Shown here one piece after another: positions 23,581 to 32,000 of a stretch of 32,000 nucleotides of DNA. Where the stretch lies: assembly GCA_963762385.1 (NCBI GenBank), contig CAVXKN010000014.1, positions 295,807-327,806 of the forward strand, in the 5' to 3' direction. The notes below the pieces were generated by a model. That model did not search any database. It saw only the letters and a program-made list of their open reading frames with translations, and was not told where the DNA came from. Every line of letters starts with the position of its first letter. Position 1 is the first letter of the stretch. This stretch comes from an uncultured Acidobacteriota bacterium. Lineage in GTDB: Bacteria; Acidobacteriota; Terriglobia; Terriglobales; Acidobacteriaceae. The position numbers and the translations under genes were made by a program.

Positions 23581-24855
23581 ATGGCAACCTTTCCCAGAGT
23601 GGCTTCAGCCGACTTCCAAAGCGGGCATCCCATCGCCTCGGAGCAGGTGCATGAGTTGCTCAAGCTGCAAAAAGCGGCGCAGAAGATCAGCTCAATTCTT
23701 GACCTCGACGGGCTGATCGACAAAGTTGTGAATGAAGTGGCGCCGTCTTTCGGATTTATCGATGCGGACGTCTACTTGCACGACGAAGAGCGCGGAGAAT
23801 TGAGGCTGGCGTGCGCGCACGGTTGTGCGGGCTGCGAAATTTGCGGCACCGGACACAGCCTGAAGATCGGAAAACAGGGCATGGTTGGGTTCGTTGCGGG
23901 CACGGGCCAGATGCGCTATGCGCCCGATGTGCGAAAAGATCCGTATTACATCGGATGCGAAGAGTCCACGCTGTCGGAAGTGGCGATTCCGCTGCTGGTG
24001 GAAGGAAAGCTGATCGGGGTGTTCACGGCTTCGCATACTGAGCTGGATGCTTTTCCGGCGGAGCAACTCCGACTGTTGCAGGCGCTGTGCGGCTACGTGG
24101 CGGTCGCAGTACACAATGCGCGGCGTTTTCAGGAAGAGCAACACCGGCGGCAGGAAATGAGCCGCGAAGCCAACGAAGCGCGCAAGATTCAGCAGGCTCT
24201 GTTGCCCCGAAGTTCACCCTTCATTCCGGGCTTTGCGATCTCTGGACTCTCGACTCCGGCGGGCGCGGTGGGCGGGGATTGGTATGACTTCATTCCGTTT
24301 GACGATGGCCGCTGGGGATTGGTGCTGGCCGATGTTTCGGGAAAGGGCATGGCGGCTGCTCTGTTGATGTCGGCTACTCGCGGCATGCTTCGCTCGCTGG
24401 CAAGCGCTTGCTGCCCGAGCCAGGTGCTGACGAAGCTGAATCAGTTGCTGGTCAGTGACTTCCCTTCTGGCAGATTCGTGACCATGCTTTACGCGATCCT
24501 GGATCCGGCGACGCGGGTTTTGAGGTTTTCGAGCGCAGGGCATTTGCGTCCCCTATTGATCGAGAATTCGCAAGTGCGCTTTCTCGACACGGAGCGGGGA
24601 TTACCGTTGGGAATTGGGTTGGGAGAGTACTCCGAGGCGCAGGTGCATTTGGCTGAGGGTTCACGCCTGTTGTTTTACAGCGACGGCATTACCGAGGCCG
24701 CGAATCCGGAAGAAGAGGAATACGGAGCAGAACGGCTGGCGCAGCACTTTCGGCGGGCGGATGCTTCGGGCGAGAGCATTCTCGAAGATGTGCGGACTTT
24801 CGCCAATGGGGCGGGTTTGCAGGATGATGCGACTGTGATTTTGGTGAAAGCTTAG
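23581..24855 (+). CDS. GAF-domain PP2C (SpoIIE/RsbU-type) serine phosphatase
   Basis: N-terminal GAF-like region ('DVYLHDEERGELRLACAHG...IPLLVEGKLIGVFTASH'). PP2C motifs 'GGDWYDFIP', 'LVLADVSGKGMAAALLMS', 'FYSDGITEA' and 'QDDATVILVKA'. I prefer the ATG at 23581 (AGGAG 8 nt upstream) over the GTG at 23539. Confidence 0.9.
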   Translation: MATFPRVASADFQSGHPIASEQVHELLKLQKAAQKISSILDLDGLIDKVVNEVAPSFGFIDADVYLHDEERGELRLACAHGCAGCEICGTGHSLKIGKQGMVGFVAGTGQMRYAPDVRKDPYYIGCEESTLSEVAIPLLVEGKLIGVFTASHTELDAFPAEQLRLLQALCGYVAVAVHNARRFQEEQHRRQEMSREANEARKIQQALLPRSSPFIPGFAISGLSTPAGAVGGDWYDFIPFDDGRWGLVLADVSGKGMAAALLMSATRGMLRSLASACCPSQVLTKLNQLLVSDFPSGRFVTMLYAILDPATRVLRFSSAGHLRPLLIENSQVRFLDTERGLPLGIGLGEYSEAQVHLAEGSRLLFYSDGITEAANPEEEEYGAERLAQHFRRADASGESILEDVRTFANGAGLQDDATVILVKA

Positions 24856-24870
24856 GCGATATAGGCTTTT

Positions 24871-24940
24871 CATTCCTTGTGGTTCTGGCATTTGAACTTC
24901 TTGAACCACAGAGGACACGAAGGTACACAAAGAGAGGCGC
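24871..24940 (-). repeat. Intergenic repeat, family 2, copy 2 (inverted relative to copy 1), forming a hairpin between convergent genes
   Basis: 'cattccttgtggttc tggcatttgaacttctt gaaccacagaggacacgaaggtacacaaagagagg'. Stem tgtggttc/gaaccaca, extendable to about 11 bp with one bulge. The right arm matches copy 1 in reverse complement. Confidence 0.7.
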
Positions 24941-24949
24941 TGACACACT

Positions 24950-25390
24950 TCAGCCCAAGCGGGCTTTGTGCTCTTTCAGGATGCAGCGGTCCATGAGTAC
25001 GAAAATGCCGGCCTTGCGGGCTTTCTCCGCGGCTTTTTCGTGGATAACTTCTTCCTGCATCCAAATGGCGGGGAGCTTGAGCTGGATCGCCTGATCGACC
25101 ACTTCCTCCACGAACTCGGGACGGCGGAAGATATTCACGATATCGATCTTCTCCGGCACGTCGAGTAGCGATGCATACGCGGTTTCGCCCAAAGCCTCTT
25201 TGATTTTTGGATTGACCGGAATGATGTGGTAGCCATTCGACTGCATGTAGGCGGAGACGCCGTAGCTGGGCCGTAGTGGGTTGTTGGAGAGTCCGACTAC
25301 GGCGATGGTTCTGGAGCGCTGCAGCAGATCCGCAATGGGATCCGGTTGAGGCGATGAGGGCATCCCAAGCATTGTAGCGAGAGCGCTCAC
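24950..25390 (-). CDS. CoA-binding domain protein (YccU/YneT-like)
   Basis: 146 aa. 'IAVVGLSNNPLRPSYGVSAYMQSNGYHIIPVNPK', 'IDIVNIFRRPEFV' and 'IWMQEEV' fit the stand-alone CoA-binding family. Confidence 0.85.
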   Translation of the reverse strand: MSALATMLGMPSSPQPDPIADLLQRSRTIAVVGLSNNPLRPSYGVSAYMQSNGYHIIPVNPKIKEALGETAYASLLDVPEKIDIVNIFRRPEFVEEVVDQAIQLKLPAIWMQEEVIHEKAAEKARKAGIFVLMDRCILKEHKARLG

Positions 25391-25424
25391 GGGAAACCAA
25401 TTCGCGGCTGCCGCCTCTAATCCT

Positions 25425-26663
25425 TTAATCCTTCTGGACCGTTTCCGACTTCTGCCTGAACATCCTGAGCGCCATTTTGCGGACCGTGTCCGAAACTTCT
25501 TTGTTGCCGGCGAGATTCTTAAGATCGGTGACCAGCAAATGCTTGATCAAGCCCAGGGAGACATCGATGGGGGTTCGAGGATTGTTGCAAAGGTTTCGCA
25601 CGATGGCGTACTGCTTCATGAACCGGCGCTTCAGAGTGATGGAACGAAGAACAGCTTCGAGCACATTCTTTTGATTGGCGAACTTTTCGACTTCGCCGTC
25701 GGTAAGTTTGGGTGAATCGAGCACGGCGAGGGCTACGATTTTTGTGCCGTCGCGAATGAGCAGCGAACGTTCTTCCTTGCTGCCTTTCATGGCCAGTTGA
25801 ATGCGTCCGGTGATGCCGAGCTTGGAGATTTTCTGTAAAGCGCTGCCTCGTTGTTCTTCGGCACTCAGATAGGCTTTTTTCACCGGCAAAGGCGCTTTCT
25901 TGGCTGCCGTGGCTGCGCCTTGGGAGTCCGAAGCGACGGCCTCGGTTTTCGCTTCGACGGGAACTGGTTCGGGGGTAGGAGCAGCAGATGGAGGTTCGTC
26001 TATCCCGCCGACCGGGTGGAAGGGTTTGTCGCCTTCGGCGGAGATTTCGCTGGCATGCTCAGTCAGGTATGTGACCGTGGCTTCGTCGGGGACTTCGTCT
26101 GCGTTGATTTCGGCACTGGCTGATTGATGGGTCGGGGCGATCTCGGCGATCGCCGGTGTTGTGGTCTGAGGTTCCTTGGCGGTTGGGAGAGCAAACGAAG
26201 CAAGCTTCTCCGCGATGACCGATGATTGCGCAGGGTTCAAGTTTGGGTTGGAGTTGAGCGAGGTCAGAATTGTCTTGGACTGGTTGACGCGCGGGCTCTT
26301 GACCAGAGTTTCCAGCATATAGCGAGAGGCCGCAGCGCACAGTTCAGCCACCGATTGCTCAGACACCGCGGGATTCTCGAGCAGCGCGGGAAGCAGCGTG
26401 GGCCGAAGGTTTCCCGGGGTAATCAAGTAGGCCAAGACTTCTTTTGGCGTGGTCGGATCGGCTGCGGCTTTGCGCGAGGAGGATTCGTCCCATCCCGCCA
26501 AGGTGAGGCGGGCACGTTCGGCGAAGATTTTAGTCTGAGTCGCCAGATAGACCAGGATCTCGATCATTTCCTGAGGCGGAACAGAGAGAGCTCCGCGGGC
26601 GGCGGTTTGCATCACTTGGGAAGACGCCATGGAGGAACGAATCGTGTCAATCATGCGTGGCAT
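25425..26663 (-). CDS. Hypothetical helical-repeat protein (two LRV/HEAT-like halves joined by a Pro/Ala/Glu-rich linker)
   Basis: 412 aa with coding-like composition. Recurrent 'NP..(T/L/V)..' repeat starts: 'LENPAVSEQ', 'KSPRVNQS', 'NSNPNLNPAQ', 'LDSPKLTDGEV', 'CNNPRTPIDV'. The central ~110 aa is low complexity. Confidence 0.75.
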   Translation of the reverse strand: MPRMIDTIRSSMASSQVMQTAARGALSVPPQEMIEILVYLATQTKIFAERARLTLAGWDESSSRKAAADPTTPKEVLAYLITPGNLRPTLLPALLENPAVSEQSVAELCAAASRYMLETLVKSPRVNQSKTILTSLNSNPNLNPAQSSVIAEKLASFALPTAKEPQTTTPAIAEIAPTHQSASAEINADEVPDEATVTYLTEHASEISAEGDKPFHPVGGIDEPPSAAPTPEPVPVEAKTEAVASDSQGAATAAKKAPLPVKKAYLSAEEQRGSALQKISKLGITGRIQLAMKGSKEERSLLIRDGTKIVALAVLDSPKLTDGEVEKFANQKNVLEAVLRSITLKRRFMKQYAIVRNLCNNPRTPIDVSLGLIKHLLVTDLKNLAGNKEVSDTVRKMALRMFRQKSETVQKD

Positions 26664-26773
26664 AGATATTGGCCAGCTCCGAAGAATGCTGGACAGTATA
26701 GGATCGCGCTGAGGCGGGCTATTTCGCCAGCAATTTGGTGAGACGTAACGTTACGAAAGGCACTTGGGCGGGA

Positions 26774-27373
26774 TTATTTTGGGGATGCCGCCAGAGCTTC
26801 CAGTTCGAGGACAACTCGCTCCAGTTCATTCACGAGACGGTTGGGTTTCTTACGCTTGAATTCGTCGACTAAGGCGCGGTAGTACCAGAGCGTGCCCTCT
26901 CGTTTTCCCTGAAAGCGCTCCCAGATGCGTTCTCCGAGTTCGCGATAGTCGCTGAGGATGGAGCGGGCGTTGTGCAACTTATCAGCCGCCGATACTAGGC
27001 GCGTGTCCGCGTCGGCGGTGTGGAGATGCTTGAGGTACGGTTCTTTGCGCTCCCGCCACGGCGGCTTGGGAATAGTGAACGGGTCGCTGCAGCCTTCGAC
27101 TATGCGGGCCACGCGCTTGCCGAAACGGCGACGCACCTGGTCGAGCATGGGAATGCCGCCGCAGTCTTCGGCGACGTCGTGCAGAAGCGCGGCGATGGCG
27201 AGGTCTTCATCGCCTCCGGCTTCGAGCACCAGACCGGCCACACCGAGAAGATGGGAAACGTAGGGCACAGGCGTGCCCTTGCGTTGCTGACCCGCATGTT
27301 TGCGAGTTGCAAAGACTAGAGCCCGCTCGAATCGTGGACCAAGCTTCGCTGCGGTTCGCCGGCGTCGTTTCAT
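26774..27373 (-). CDS. HD-domain protein of the RelA/SpoT hydrolase type (small alarmone hydrolase-like)
   Basis: 'FATRKHAGQQRKGTPVPYVSHLLGVAGLVLEAGGDEDLAIAALLHDVAEDCG' follows the H-x-G-Q-x-R...PY..H...LLHD..ED pattern. 'AADKLHNARS' resembles 'LADRLHNMRT'. The ATG at 27373 is preferred; an upstream TTG at 27406 is possible. Confidence 0.8.
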   Translation of the reverse strand: MKRRRRTAAKLGPRFERALVFATRKHAGQQRKGTPVPYVSHLLGVAGLVLEAGGDEDLAIAALLHDVAEDCGGIPMLDQVRRRFGKRVARIVEGCSDPFTIPKPPWRERKEPYLKHLHTADADTRLVSAADKLHNARSILSDYRELGERIWERFQGKREGTLWYYRALVDEFKRKKPNRLVNELERVVLELEALAASPK

Positions 27374-27417
27374 ACGTGGGAGCCACTCGACATGGCATCC
27401 GACCAACCGCTAATCCG

Positions 27418-28290
27418 TTACGCCACCGCCTGTGAGGATGGCCGATTGAAAGATTGAATTCCGCTGGCCTCATCCGTTTCTATTTCGAAGACGGTGTGTA
27501 GGCGGGTCATTCGTAACAAATCGTCCACTCGCTTGCTCAGACTCACCAGCTTCATCTGGCCTCCCCGGTTGCGAACCGAGGTGCAGGCGCGAACCAACTC
27601 ACCCACCCCAGAGCTGTCGACGTAGCCGACTTCCTGAAGATTCAGCAAGATCTTGGCACTGCCTTTGTCGATCAGGCCGGTGATCACTTCGCGAAGCATG
27701 ACGTTTCCTTCACCCAGAGTAATTCTTCCGATCACGTCCACAATTACCACGTCTTCAACCTCACGAGTTGAGGTCTGCGTCTTTACCGGCGTACGCCCCT
27801 GGATGCCGAGGCCGAGCCGGTCTAAAATCTCGCACGCCTTTTGCGCTACCTCGTGCGATTCGGTGCGAACCACGATCAGCGATTTGCCATCCGCCAATAC
27901 GGAGCGAAAGAAGCTGACATCCTCCGCGCAATTTTCATCTTTAGTGGGTTGCGGTCCAGCGCTTCCGTCCCCAGCCGCGGCTTTCCCAACCGCCGCCCCC
28001 GCTCCCGCTCCTGCCAGGCCTACCAGGGCGGCCGCGCCAAATCCCAATGCGAACAAGGTCCCAATCCCAGGAAGCAGCAAACTAGCGACCGCCACGCCAG
28101 ATGCCATACCGGTGGCTCCGCCCATGAAGCCGCCGAGGGTGGCTCCGAATTGCCTGCCGATAGTCTGGGCTTCGATTTCGGACCGGGTGAGAAATACAAT
28201 CGAATCTTCCGGCACCTTGCTGGTCAGCAGTTCCTTTACCGCGGCTTCAGCATGGTCACGGGAATTAAAAACGCCAATGGCAGTTTCCAT
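27418..28290 (-). CDS. Fusion protein: YflT/general-stress-like domain + glycine-zipper membrane segment + STAS (anti-sigma-factor antagonist) domain
   Basis: 290 aa, with AGGAGG 8 nt upstream. N-terminus 'IGVFNSRDHAEAAVKEL'. Gly/Ala-rich hydrophobic stretch 'LGGFMGGATGMASGVAVASLLLPGIGTLFALGFGAAALVGLAGAGAGAAVG'. C-terminal STAS 'VVIVDVIGRITLGEGNVMLREVITGLIDKGSAKILLNLQEVGYVDSSGVGELV...GGQMKLVSLSKRVDDLLRMTRLHTVFEI', which keeps the DSSG phospho-serine motif. Confidence 0.85.
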   Translation of the reverse strand: METAIGVFNSRDHAEAAVKELLTSKVPEDSIVFLTRSEIEAQTIGRQFGATLGGFMGGATGMASGVAVASLLLPGIGTLFALGFGAAALVGLAGAGAGAAVGKAAAGDGSAGPQPTKDENCAEDVSFFRSVLADGKSLIVVRTESHEVAQKACEILDRLGLGIQGRTPVKTQTSTREVEDVVIVDVIGRITLGEGNVMLREVITGLIDKGSAKILLNLQEVGYVDSSGVGELVRACTSVRNRGGQMKLVSLSKRVDDLLRMTRLHTVFEIETDEASGIQSFNRPSSQAVA

Positions 28291-28731
28291 GGGAAACCTC
28301 CTCTTAGTTGATTGGAAATAAGCGGCGAGCTCTCGGGGGATCCGCCCACCGGCAGAAGAAAACAGAACCGGGTAAGGAACGGTCTGCCTACTGCCTTCTG
28401 CGCATCGGAATCTTGCCTTCAGGATTGAGCTTTGTCAAGCAATTTTGCATTTTTTGATTGCTGTCCCTGCCGATTTGGGCCGCACGCCCTTCTTTCAGGA
28501 GCCTGGATGAAGTGAGATCTTGATGCCACTTGGTCCATAGCGAGCCGACTCTTCAAGGCTCACGTTTTCGGCCGATCGCTTCCCTGAGTTTGCGGGGCCC
28601 GGCGGACGCAAAAAGCATACCTCGGCCGCTAAAGCGCAGACACATTTCAACGGCTTGGCGGCCCGATTGAAGTCGGGTCCTTCCCGCAGCCATTGGGCAG
28701 CATGCTTTTCCGCAACGGCCAGCTGGCGGGG

Positions 28732-31476
28732 CTACTTCACATTGTTGATCAGGACTACGTCGCTGTTCACGGCGCCGCGGGCCAGGACCAATTGTTTGCC
28801 GTCGGCGGACCAAGCGAAATTGAAGATTCTGCCGTCGGTGAAGTTTGTCACTTGCTTGGGCGGATGGCCATCGAGAGTCTGGCTCATCAGGTTGGAAACG
28901 CCGTTGTGGTTATCCACGAACATTACGGCCTTGCTATCGGGAGACCAAGCAAACGCGGCGTCTACCAAGTAGGAAAGCTTGGTTGGTTCCCCGCCCTCAA
29001 TTGGCATGTAGGCGACCTCGTACCTGTCTAGTGTCTCGTCGAGAACGAAAACCGCGACCCACTTTCCGTCGGGAGAGACAGTCGGCTGGCCGGCAGAGCG
29101 ATCGATGAGCGGCTGAGGGGTGCCACCATCGAGGGGCTGCTTCCAAATCCGCAGTTTCCCTGCGCTCTCGGATCCGTAGAGCAGCCACTTTCCGTCGCGT
29201 GTGATCTGCGGGTTGAAGTCGGCGCCCCCGTTGGAAAGCTGCTTTGGGCTGCTGCCATCGACATTCATACTCCAGATGTTGCGTCGACCGTTGCGGTCGG
29301 AGGAAAAAACCACGGTTCGGCCATCAGGGGAAACAGCGGGATCGGTGTTGTTGCCCGCATTCATGGTCAATTGCGTGGGGTTGCTTCCGTCGGCGTTCAT
29401 GCTCCAAATGTCACCGTGTCCGCCGGCGTTTGAGGTGTAGAGCACGCTTCCGTTCGGCACGGAGGCAACGCCGAATAGACCTTCGCCGGTCCCACTCCCG
29501 GATGTAATCCGCTTCGCCGTAGCGGCGTCGCCCTGCGGAGCAACCCAAATCGAGGAGGAGACTTCGCTCTGCACCGTGACTAGCGCGCTGGAATCGGCAG
29601 TAAGACTAACTCCGAAATACCGGTTCAAGTCGTTGGTAATGCGACGCGCCTCGCCGCTGGGATAAGCTACGTACCAGAGCTGTGGCGAAAGGCTGGAACT
29701 TTGATCGGCGGCGTCAAAGATGAGCCCGCTGCCGTCCGACAGCCAGGCAACGCGGCCGGAGCTTGACCACTTTGTGGATGAAATTGTTTTCTCCGCTCCA
29801 CCGGCTACAGGCACACCGACCAAACTCCACTCAGCCGCACCCATACCTTCGGAGGCGAGCGTGGCGATGGTCCGGCCGTCCGGCGACCAACTGGGACCGG
29901 CGCTCAGCCCGAACCAGGACGCTGAGTATCTGGTGGGGAGTTTTCGGCTGAACACGACGTGTTGATCGGATCCATCGGCTTTAGCGACCGTAAGATCGTC
30001 CGTTCCTTTCGGCGGGTAGAAGCGGGCGAAAGCGATCTGGGTTCCGTCGGGCGAAAGGGTGATAGGGTCGTCGACGTCTTCGACCAATTTTCGCGGCGTG
30101 CCTCCCAGCACTGGAACCTGGTAAAGAAATGCCTGAGATTCATTCTTGGCAGCAGTGACGTAGTAGACATAGTTGCCGTCACTGGAGAAGGTCATGCCGA
30201 AATACACCACCTCAGCGGGAGGAACGATTTGTACGTTGTTTGCGGTCGTGACCTGGCGTACCCAGAGACTCTGTTTTCCGGCGTCTTCGATTACATGCAC
30301 GACGTATTTGCCGTCGGGGGAGATGGCAGCTACGCGGGATTTCCCGGTGTTGGTCAAGCGCGTGAGGTGGATGGATTGGAAGGCTGCTGCTGTTGGCTTG
30401 GAGGCGCGTCCCGCGAATTTGTGGATGCCGAAGGCCGCAACGGCTACCAACACGACTGCCAGAGCGATAGCCAGTAGTTTCTGGCTTCCGGTTTCCTGGC
30501 TGATTGGGACTTGCGCAGAGGCGCTCGCCGCGGAAACATGTGCGGGATCGGTCGGATGTTTTCCGCTTGGCGGAGGCGCAATTGCGGGCTGCGCCGACGC
30601 GCTCGCCGCTTCATCTGCGGTTTGATACGCGGAGCGGCGGCCGGAACTGCTGTCCCGTTGCAATCGCTTGAGGTCGCTGCGTATTTCGGAAGCGTGCTGA
30701 TAACGGAGATCGCGATCTTTCTCAAGTGCTTTGTTGATGATCTCTTCCAGCCGGGGCGGAAGATCGGGATTGAGGCGCGCTGGCGCAGGCGGCATGCGAT
30801 TCAGGATGGCGTCGAAAATCATCGCCGAGGTATCGCCACGAAACGGCAGCGTGCCAGTCGCCATTTCGTAAAGTACGGCCCCGAAGGAAAACAGATCAGT
30901 GCGCGCATCCAGTTCTTTCCCTTTGGCCTGCTCCGGCGACATGTACGCCACGGTTCCAACCGCGGTTCCGGGGCTCGTTAGATAAGCTTGGCTGACTCCT
31001 CCGGCAGTGGCTTCGGTTGGGCCTGCCTCGGAAGGCTTGCCGGTCGCCGGGGTGAGTTTCGCCAGGCCGAAATCGAGAATCTTTGCGTGTCCCCGCTTGG
31101 TCACGAATAGATTGGCAGGCTTGATGTCGCGATGAACGATGCCTTCAGTGTGCGCGGCATCGAGCGCGTCCGCAATCTCGATGGCCAACGACAGCAGGGA
31201 TTCGGTATCCATCGGCTGACCCGAGATGCGGTGCTTCAGGGTTACGCCGTCGAGAAATTCCATCACGATGAAGGCCTGGCCGTCCTGCTCATCGATCTCG
31301 TGAATGGTGCAGATGTTGGGGTGATTCAGAGCGGAGGCGGCTTTGGCTTCGCGCTGGAAACGGCTCAACGCTTGAGGATCTTTCGCCACATCATCGGGCA
31401 GGAATTTGAGCGCGACAAAGCGTCCGAGTTTGATGTCTTCGGCTTTGTAGACGACGCCCATGCCTCCGCCGCCCAA
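28732..31476 (-). CDS. Hanks-type Ser/Thr protein kinase with TM helix and C-terminal TolB-like (PD40) beta-propeller repeats
   Basis: '[13 protein letters not shown]', 'VALKFL', '[10 protein letters not shown]', 'DFGLAK' and 'YMSPEQ'. TM helix '[18 protein letters not shown]'. Many 'SPDG(K/R/T)' PD40 repeats. The TTG at 31476 is the first canonical start, but conserved N-terminal residues are encoded upstream, up to 31518. See findings. Confidence 0.9.
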   Translation of the reverse strand: MGGGGMGVVYKAEDIKLGRFVALKFLPDDVAKDPQALSRFQREAKAASALNHPNICTIHEIDEQDGQAFIVMEFLDGVTLKHRISGQPMDTESLLSLAIEIADALDAAHTEGIVHRDIKPANLFVTKRGHAKILDFGLAKLTPATGKPSEAGPTEATAGGVSQAYLTSPGTAVGTVAYMSPEQAKGKELDARTDLFSFGAVLYEMATGTLPFRGDTSAMIFDAILNRMPPAPARLNPDLPPRLEEIINKALEKDRDLRYQHASEIRSDLKRLQRDSSSGRRSAYQTADEAASASAQPAIAPPPSGKHPTDPAHVSAASASAQVPISQETGSQKLLAIALAVVLVAVAAFGIHKFAGRASKPTAAAFQSIHLTRLTNTGKSRVAAISPDGKYVVHVIEDAGKQSLWVRQVTTANNVQIVPPAEVVYFGMTFSSDGNYVYYVTAAKNESQAFLYQVPVLGGTPRKLVEDVDDPITLSPDGTQIAFARFYPPKGTDDLTVAKADGSDQHVVFSRKLPTRYSASWFGLSAGPSWSPDGRTIATLASEGMGAAEWSLVGVPVAGGAEKTISSTKWSSSGRVAWLSDGSGLIFDAADQSSSLSPQLWYVAYPSGEARRITNDLNRYFGVSLTADSSALVTVQSEVSSSIWVAPQGDAATAKRITSGSGTGEGLFGVASVPNGSVLYTSNAGGHGDIWSMNADGSNPTQLTMNAGNNTDPAVSPDGRTVVFSSDRNGRRNIWSMNVDGSSPKQLSNGGADFNPQITRDGKWLLYGSESAGKLRIWKQPLDGGTPQPLIDRSAGQPTVSPDGKWVAVFVLDETLDRYEVAYMPIEGGEPTKLSYLVDAAFAWSPDSKAVMFVDNHNGVSNLMSQTLDGHPPKQVTNFTDGRIFNFAWSADGKQLVLARGAVNSDVVLINNVK

Positions 31477-31642
31477 CTTTTCGAGGATGCGGTAGTGCGA
31501 AATGGTTTGGTTCAGCAGTTGCTTCGGGCCTCAGGGATGGAATGTTACCAGCAGGCTGAGAGAAACGCGAACAACTGGGACTTGAAAGATCTCTGGCGAG
31601 CTTCGCGCGGATGGACAGCCGGGGGCGTCTGTCCCCGCCTGT

Positions 31643-32000
31643 TTATGATTGCTTTTCGCTGCGCCGCATTTGCAGGAAGGCGCGGATGAAGGGTTGCAGG
31701 TCGCCGTCGATTACGCGATCGACGTCGCCGACTTCCATCTTAGTTCTGTGGTCTTTGATCAGACGATAGGGCTGTAGCGTGTATGAGCGGATTTGCGAGC
31801 CGAAGTCAATGTCGAGTTTTGAGTCTTCGATCTTCTTGGTGGCGGCGCGCTTTTTCTCCAGTTCGTTTTCGTAAAGCTTGGAGCGAAGCATGCTCATGGC
31901 CCGGTCTTTGTTCTTGTGCTGCGAACGCTCGTTTTGACAGGCAGCAACGATTCCGGTGGGAATATGCGTGATGCGTACGGCGGAGTCGGTAGTGTTGACG
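31643..32000 (-). CDS. prfB: Peptide chain release factor 2, C-terminal part (5' end lies beyond the window)
   Basis: The frame is open to base 32000. '...[44 protein letters not shown]...[17 protein letters not shown]'. The 'QPY..KD.RT' motif indicates RF2 rather than RF1. Confidence 0.88.
   Translation of the reverse strand, partial: VNTTDSAVRITHIPTGIVAACQNERSQHKNKDRAMSMLRSKLYENELEKKRAATKKIEDSKLDIDFGSQIRSYTLQPYRLIKDHRTKMEVGDVDRVIDGDLQPFIRAFLQMRRSEKQS

Noticed and set aside
28553-28813. 86-aa ORF on the minus strand in the kinase/STAS intergenic region
   Set aside because: It is Arg/Pro/Gly-rich with low complexity, has no RBS, overlaps the 3' end of the kinase gene, and has no recognisable motif.

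Overview
GC-rich bacterial chromosomal segment. The gene content (GloVer-repeat protein, TIGR03118 protein, Ser/Thr kinase fused to a TolB-like propeller, hairpin intergenic repeats) suggests Acidobacteriota/Terriglobia, but that is inference only. It is densely coding. Bases 1-7203 hold one chemosensory operon: mcp (5' cut by the window edge), cheW, cheR, cheA, cheB, cheY and a CheX-like phosphatase whose reading frame appears split. Next come secreted beta-propeller/repeat proteins (YVTN lipoprotein, GloVer protein), a stand-alone Ku, a DUF92 membrane protein, a secreted cyclase-family protein, a DinB/YfiT protein, a ParE/RelE toxin-antitoxin pair, ydcF-tsaC, a TrmH-family methyltransferase and rarA. 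After those are a Cys/His-motif hypothetical protein, a TIGR03118 protein and a PLC/AcpA-type phosphoesterase. The right-hand third is a signalling neighbourhood. It contains DUF2934 and a second small protein, a GAF-PP2C phosphatase, a CoA-binding protein, a helical-repeat protein, a SpoT-type HD protein, an unusual membrane-anchored STAS fusion, a Hanks kinase with a TolB-like propeller, and the 3' end of prfB. No rRNA, tRNA, CRISPR array, transposase or integrase could be supported. The observations most worth follow-up are: (1) the STAS-fusion/HD operon with its dispersed partner-switching components; (2) the split cheX frame at a GGG run; (3) a kinase whose conserved N-terminus is encoded upstream of any canonical start codon; (4) two families of structured intergenic repeats. 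No clear-cut novel multi-gene system (for example a defence island) is evident, and all functional calls rest on by-eye motif recognition without database searches.
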